Positions 27,297 to 32,000 of a stretch of DNA of 32,000 nt are shown piece by piece (position 1 is the first letter of the stretch; every line of letters begins with the position of its first letter). This stretch comes from Lapidilactobacillus gannanensis (GTDB taxonomy: Bacteria; Bacillota; Bacilli; Lactobacillales; Lactobacillaceae). Where the stretch lies: assembly GCF_003946675.1 (NCBI RefSeq), contig NZ_RHOT01000006.1, positions 1 to 32,000 on the forward strand, written 5' to 3'. A model generated the notes under the pieces. The model made no database searches. It was not told the DNA's origin and saw only the letters and a program-made list of their open reading frames with translations. The position numbers were made by a program, and so were the translations under genes.

Positions 27297-28582
27297 GCTT
27301 GTGTTGCCTCCTGCCCTTGAAAAATTGTGGTTACTCGTAATTGGGCCTGAGCAGCTATTTGACCTAAATAGGCGGCATCAACAGTTGCAAAAGCCTGCGC
27401 GTAATTAGCCGCTGACCGTTGCATGGCTGGTTGTAAAGTTTGCAATAGTGTGCGATTCAGCAAACGTTGTGGTGAGTCAACAATTAAGCGACGTTGACTG
27501 ATCATTTCTGACTGTGTGAGCTGAATTAATGAATCGGGAATCTTACCTGATTTAATTTGCTGCCAGGCCCGTTCAATTGTCGTTAACGCTAGCTCGATAT
27601 TCTGACGATCCAACCCGGTTTCAATCAATAACCAATTATTCAAAGCATCATAACTTGCACTAATATCATAAACTAGGCCTAACTTTTCCCGAAACATCTG
27701 GAACAATAATGACTGTTCACTTCCGCCTAAAATTCGCGTCAGTAAACTAAAGCGCTGAATCTCGGCAGGTTCGTGGATACCGGTAACCTGATAAGCTAAG
27801 GTCAAGCGACTTTGCTGACCGGGAATCGGACGGCGCAGTGTTTGCTGCAGAGCCACATTGGTTAGCAAGGCCAGATTATTAGTAATTTGAACTGGACGTG
27901 GCTTAAATGGCAGTGCCTGTGTCAGTAACTGTGACCACGGCCACTGTTGCTGATCATTAGTTAACACTGTCAGCGTCACTTGCCATTGGTCCAAGATTTG
28001 TTGATATAACGTCTGTAAACGCGAGTAAGTAATCGCAGCTAATTCTGTTAAGCTGCCACTAGCTGCGGTTTGATAATTAGCTGGCAACTTTGCCTGCGCA
28101 AAATAAGCCGCCTTAGTTTGCACAAAAGCTTGATATTCAAAATCTTCCTGCAAATCACGTAACTCGCTAGTAAAAGCTTGCCGTTCAATTTTAAAGGCCT
28201 TGGCGCCAGCAGCAACTGTTAATAACGGTTTAAAAATCAGTTGCTGAAGTAAGGCTAAAACATCCTGCAAATTACTTTGCTGATAATTTTGAGGTGTATT
28301 AGGCTCTACAAAAGCTAAGCGAAACATTAAATCATGATAACCGCCTAAAGCGCGATGAATAATTTGCAAATTGGTACCATATAAGTCGGCCAAATGAGCT
28401 GCCAACTGTTCACTTTGCGGATATTGTTGACAACCAGATGCCAACAGCCGACTTAATAACTCTAATTCCGTAAATGTAGCTTGATTAATTTTAGCAAAAA
28501 AGTGACATTCGATCAGATTGGTCTGAAATTTCGTGGTTGGTTGAATTAAAATACCAACACCATTAGTCGTTGAATTATCCAC
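27293..28582 (-). CDS. ymfF: M16-like peptidase partner lacking the zinc motif, YmfF-like
   Basis: 429 aa with M16-like length and pattern but no HxxEH. GTG start at 28582 with GAGGAG 6 nt upstream. Precedes ymfH as in B. subtilis. Confidence 0.62.
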   Translation of the reverse strand: MDNSTTNGVGILIQPTTKFQTNLIECHFFAKINQATFTELELLSRLLASGCQQYPQSEQLAAHLADLYGTNLQIIHRALGGYHDLMFRLAFVEPNTPQNYQQSNLQDVLALLQQLIFKPLLTVAAGAKAFKIERQAFTSELRDLQEDFEYQAFVQTKAAYFAQAKLPANYQTAASGSLTELAAITYSRLQTLYQQILDQWQVTLTVLTNDQQQWPWSQLLTQALPFKPRPVQITNNLALLTNVALQQTLRRPIPGQQSRLTLAYQVTGIHEPAEIQRFSLLTRILGGSEQSLLFQMFREKLGLVYDISASYDALNNWLLIETGLDRQNIELALTTIERAWQQIKSGKIPDSLIQLTQSEMISQRRLIVDSPQRLLNRTLLQTLQPAMQRSAANYAQAFATVDAAYLGQIAAQAQLRVTTIFQGQEATQA

Positions 28583-28615
28583 AACTTACTCCTCTAGATT
28601 GTTAACCATTAAAAA

Positions 28616-31198
28616 TTACGATAAATATTGTTCAGCTGCTGGTGGTGTTTGACCGACAAATTGTTGATAGTTGGCCTCAGTCCAAAGAACTTTCCGCCCT
28701 TTGCTGCCCTCCGAAGGACCAACGACGCCCATCTTTTCCATATCTTCAACAATTAAAGCTGCTCGATTATATCCGATTCGAAACCGCCGTTGAATCATTG
28801 ACGTGCTGGCCTTATCTTCTTGAATCACATAGGCGACAGCATCATTAAAGTGTTCATCATGATCATTTTCAGGATCAGCTTCGCTAACATCGTTGACATG
28901 TGCCATTAATTCTTCATCATATTCAGCTGGACGTTGCGCCTTAACAAAATCAATAATTTGTTCCACATCTTGACTAGAAATATAAGCCCCTTGGACCCGG
29001 ACTGGCTTTGATAAGCCTAATGGGGCAAACATCATGTCCCCGCGACCAAGTAATTTCTCGGCACCGTTCATGTCAAGAATCGTTCGTGAATCAATGCCAC
29101 TCGAAACTGCAAAAGCAATTCGTGACGGAACATTCGCTTTAATAAGGCCAGTGATAACATCAACAGATGGCCGCTGGGTGGCAATTATCAAATGAACTCC
29201 TGCCGCCCGTGCTTTCTGTGCCAAACGAACAATTGATGTTTCAACTTCATTGCCAGCGACCATCATCAAATCAGCCAATTCATCAATGACAATGACTAAG
29301 AAAGGCATTTCTTGCATGACTGGGTTATTTTTATCGGCATTATTCTCACGAACTTTAAGATTATATTCTTTAATATCGCGAACTGCTGCCGCCTCAAAAC
29401 GTTGATAGCGATCTTCCATTTCTGTCACAGCCTTATTTAAGGCATTAGCAGCCTTTTTCGGATCCGTCACAACTGGTAAAAGTAAGTGCGGGATATCATT
29501 ATAAACTGATAATTCAACCATTTTAGGGTCAATCAACATTAGCTTGACCTCATCTGGACGTGCGTGCATTAAAATGCTTGTAATAATGACGTTGATCATG
29601 ACTGACTTCCCACTACCAGTCGAACCAGCAATCAATAAATGCGGCATTTTAGTTAAATCAGCTGTCATAATCTGGCCAGTTACTGATTTTCCTAAAGGTA
29701 CTTCCAAAACTTTGCCCGGATGGCGTGGTTGCTTTTCAATGACTTCGCGGAAAGAAACAGTTGCAATTGTACGATTGGGTACTTCAATCCCCACATAAGG
29801 TTTCCCAGGAATCGGCGCCTCAATTCGAATATCTTTAGCAGCTAAGGCTAGCGCCAAATCATCAGCCAAATTAACAATCTTATTAACTTTAACGCCTAAG
29901 CCAGGCTTAACTTCATATTTCGTAACAGTTGGACCTAAATCGGCATGAATAATTTTAACGTCAACACCAAAACTCTGGAAAGTCTGCGCTAAAATATGTC
30001 GATTTTTCTGAATCAATTCTAATTCACCACTTTGATCAGTTGGTGGAATCACACTTAATAAATCTGTTGTTGGTAATTGATAGTTCGTATAATCCGGCTG
30101 ACTGTCAGCGGTTGCCGCCGTGACTGCATTGGTCGTACTATCTGTCGGCGGTACCGCTACAGCTGCTGGGGTTGCTGGGGTCGACCCACTCGCCGCTGCA
30201 GCTATTGCCGTATTATTCAGGTCAGCGTCAGCAGCTGAATTGGTCGCCATTTGCTCGGGCGTGACCACACCACCGGTTGGCGTAAAATTAACATCAAACC
30301 CATCGTGAGCCGTTGGTAAATCTTTTTCAGTCGAAACTGGTGATGTCGCTTGAGTTGCCGGCTTTTTAGGTGTAGTCGCTTTTTTAGACGTTGCTGTTAT
30401 TGCTGAATCACCTAATTGTGTCTGCTGTTGTTGTAACATTGCCGCAACCGAATCATGACTCCGCGTTGTTTGTGCCTGGCTGGTTTGAATATCAAAATCC
30501 GCATCTGTTTCTGTTGCGGTCGTCTTTTGTGGTGCAGCTACTTCATCAGGCTCAGCAAAAAGCCGCGCCTGTAAATTAGCAAAACTAAGTTTGATTTTGC
30601 TAGCCACAAATTGTAACCCACGTCCGATTTTCTGCAAAAAGCGCACAACCTCTTGAAAAGGAATACCCGCGAACATCAGTAAACCAGCTAAAATCACTAA
30701 TATAGCAATCAAAATTGTGCCCCAGTTACTCACTAAAAAGTAAGTGGCACTATAGCCCAGTGCGCCTAACAGGCCACCGCCAACAGGCTGGGTCACGCGG
30801 CCGCGTTGAAAATCAGCTTTCAGTAAAGACCAAGTAATATTAAAGAACTGCGTATGAATTTGTTGATGACTAAAAAGAATTTCTGAGTCAAGCACCAAAC
30901 TTCCTAAATAGACTAACACCATACCAGAAAACCGCTTCGCCGGAATTCGATCAGGAAAATGGCCACTGAATAACAAATATAGCCCTGTCATCCCGAAAAC
31001 TACAGCAGCAATCAAATAAGTATCACCAACAAATAACCGGAAAGTATTGGCAAATAAATTACCTAAGAACCCCCACCGGAAAACAGCCAAAATAGCAATT
31101 AGCATGAAAGCCAAGCCGGTTATGTTGAAACCAACTTTGATTTGCTGACGGCGTTTCTTTTTACTTGTTGGCCGACGTTTACGTTTTGTCTTAGCCAT
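28616..31198 (-). CDS. ftsK: DNA translocase FtsK/SpoIIIE
   Basis: 860 aa. N-terminal TM domain, a long T/A/Q/P-rich low-complexity linker, a motor with Walker A GSTGSGKS and Walker B VIVIDELADL, and a C-terminal gamma winged helix. Confidence 0.92.
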   Translation of the reverse strand: MAKTKRKRRPTSKKKRRQQIKVGFNITGLAFMLIAILAVFRWGFLGNLFANTFRLFVGDTYLIAAVVFGMTGLYLLFSGHFPDRIPAKRFSGMVLVYLGSLVLDSEILFSHQQIHTQFFNITWSLLKADFQRGRVTQPVGGGLLGALGYSATYFLVSNWGTILIAILVILAGLLMFAGIPFQEVVRFLQKIGRGLQFVASKIKLSFANLQARLFAEPDEVAAPQKTTATETDADFDIQTSQAQTTRSHDSVAAMLQQQQTQLGDSAITATSKKATTPKKPATQATSPVSTEKDLPTAHDGFDVNFTPTGGVVTPEQMATNSAADADLNNTAIAAAASGSTPATPAAVAVPPTDSTTNAVTAATADSQPDYTNYQLPTTDLLSVIPPTDQSGELELIQKNRHILAQTFQSFGVDVKIIHADLGPTVTKYEVKPGLGVKVNKIVNLADDLALALAAKDIRIEAPIPGKPYVGIEVPNRTIATVSFREVIEKQPRHPGKVLEVPLGKSVTGQIMTADLTKMPHLLIAGSTGSGKSVMINVIITSILMHARPDEVKLMLIDPKMVELSVYNDIPHLLLPVVTDPKKAANALNKAVTEMEDRYQRFEAAAVRDIKEYNLKVRENNADKNNPVMQEMPFLVIVIDELADLMMVAGNEVETSIVRLAQKARAAGVHLIIATQRPSVDVITGLIKANVPSRIAFAVSSGIDSRTILDMNGAEKLLGRGDMMFAPLGLSKPVRVQGAYISSQDVEQIIDFVKAQRPAEYDEELMAHVNDVSEADPENDHDEHFNDAVAYVIQEDKASTSMIQRRFRIGYNRAALIVEDMEKMGVVGPSEGSKGRKVLWTEANYQQFVGQTPPAAEQYLS

Positions 31199-31285
31199 TG
31201 CTCCTCCAAACCTTTCTGCAAAACTAGCTCAATCAGTGCTTACTCCTAATCAGTAACTTTAATTTTGAGATTGATCAAAATTAAT

Positions 31286-31327
31286 CTAAAAACCCGACCA
31301 ATTCAGCAACTCGATTGAACGGGTTTT
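31286..31327 (-). terminator. intrinsic terminator downstream of trmL
   Basis: The minus strand reads AAAACCCG...(23-nt partly paired loop)...CGGGTTTTT. It lies about 120 nt after the trmL stop. Confidence 0.6.
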
Positions 31328-31377
31328 CACTGTCAGAAACAGCAACTAATTTTAAAAAATTAAACTGAATCATCACT

Positions 31378-31403
31378 AAATACCGTCATCAAATACCGTC
31401 ATC
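31378..31403. repeat. perfect 13-bp tandem direct repeat (2 copies)
   Basis: AAATACCGTCATC AAATACCGTCATC. The preceding CATCAC gives a partial third unit. It lies between the trmL stop and its terminator. Confidence 0.85.
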
Positions 31404-31449
31404 TCAGAAGCCTAACTTAGTCTGAGAAATCCTGATTACTGATTAAAGT

Positions 31450-31959
31450 CTACTTTAATTTATCATGTTCGTAGCGATGACTTAACTCTAAGCCTGCAAA
31501 TTGCTGTTGCCGCAACGCTTCATAAATAACTAAAGCGGCCGTATTAGATAAATTCAAGGCGCGAACTTTATCAGTCATAGGAATTCTTAAGCATTTCTCA
31601 GGATTATCCCGCATAAAATCTTCTGGTAGACCAGTTGTTTCTTTACCAAACAAGAAGTAATGGTCATGCGTGGTATCGGTGAAATCCTGATCACTGTAAA
31701 CTAAATTAGAAAATTTCGTAATTAAATATAAATAACGTTGGTCAGGAATCGTGGCCAGAAAAGCATCTAAATCATCGTGATACTCAATATTAACATTATC
31801 CCAATAATCCAACCCAGCACGTTTTAGATGTTTATCATCAGTTTGAAAGCCTAAGGGCCGGATTAAATGTAAAGTAGTGCCGGTTGCGGCACATGTCCGA
31901 GCAATATTACCTGTATTGGCAGGCATTAATGGTTCAAATAACGCAATATGATTAGTCAA
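31450..31959 (-). CDS. trmL: SpoU-family tRNA (cytidine/uridine-2'-O)-methyltransferase TrmL
   Basis: 169 aa. N-terminus [24 protein letters not shown] and a C-terminal trefoil-knot region ([17 protein letters not shown]). TTG start at 31959 with GAGG upstream. Confidence 0.8.
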   Translation of the reverse strand: MTNHIALFEPLMPANTGNIARTCAATGTTLHLIRPLGFQTDDKHLKRAGLDYWDNVNIEYHDDLDAFLATIPDQRYLYLITKFSNLVYSDQDFTDTTHDHYFLFGKETTGLPEDFMRDNPEKCLRIPMTDKVRALNLSNTAALVIYEALRQQQFAGLELSHRYEHDKLK

Positions 31960-32000
31960 TTGATAAACCTCTTTTTTAATTTTAAAAGCTAGTCGCAGAC

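Noticed and set aside
30100-30560. Long T/A/Q/P-rich low-complexity region of FtsK, and the opposite-strand ORFs it generates (30120..30308 and 30391..30579).
   Set aside because: This is the typical variable linker between the FtsK membrane and motor domains. The antisense ORFs are compositional artefacts.
1-32000. A window-wide search for a defence island, toxin-antitoxin pair, CRISPR array, prophage or transposase remnants, or an unusual multi-gene system.
   Set aside because: Every ORF of meaningful size is accounted for by a conserved housekeeping family in conserved synteny. The one exception is the small P-loop kinase-like gene. No spaced direct-repeat arrays or recombinase genes were seen.

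Overview
This is a core-genome window from a low-GC Gram-positive bacterium. Protein sequences and gene order point to Lactobacillaceae; the genus cannot be told by eye. I call 28 tightly packed protein-coding genes, 27 of them on the minus strand. In coordinate order they are: phoU, pstB, pstB, pstA, pstC, pstS, phoR and phoP (one phosphate cluster); ftsX and ftsE; prfB and secA; hpf; comFC and comFA; yigZ (IMPACT family, the only plus-strand gene); an orphan P-loop kinase-like gene; a tagO-type GT4 transferase; rny; recA and cinA; pgsA; rodZ; ymfI, ymfH and ymfF; ftsK; trmL. prfB carries the classical programmed +1 frameshift, which the ORF track truncates. recA has a LexA (Cheo) box and a good promoter. 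The gene order reproduces two Bacillus subtilis syntenic blocks, joined between tagO and rny. I saw no rRNA, tRNA, CRISPR, transposase, integrase, phage or recognisable defence genes, and I find no evidence for a new multi-gene system here. The most unusual signal is a pair of roughly 160-210 bp MITE/REP-like palindromic intergenic elements in opposite orientations (17678..17840 and 20874..21080). They share TIR-like ends and a terminator hairpin whose stem shows compensatory changes between the copies. Lesser items are a Pho-box dimer abutting the phoR stop, a near-leaderless GTG-initiated yigZ, a 38-nt ftsE/ftsX overlap, a translationally coupled ymfF-ymfH-ymfI module and a 13-bp tandem repeat downstream of trmL. 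Several ORF-track starts were trimmed to the start codon that has a Shine-Dalgarno (SD) sequence. Non-ORF coordinates were hand-counted and may be off by 1-2 nt.
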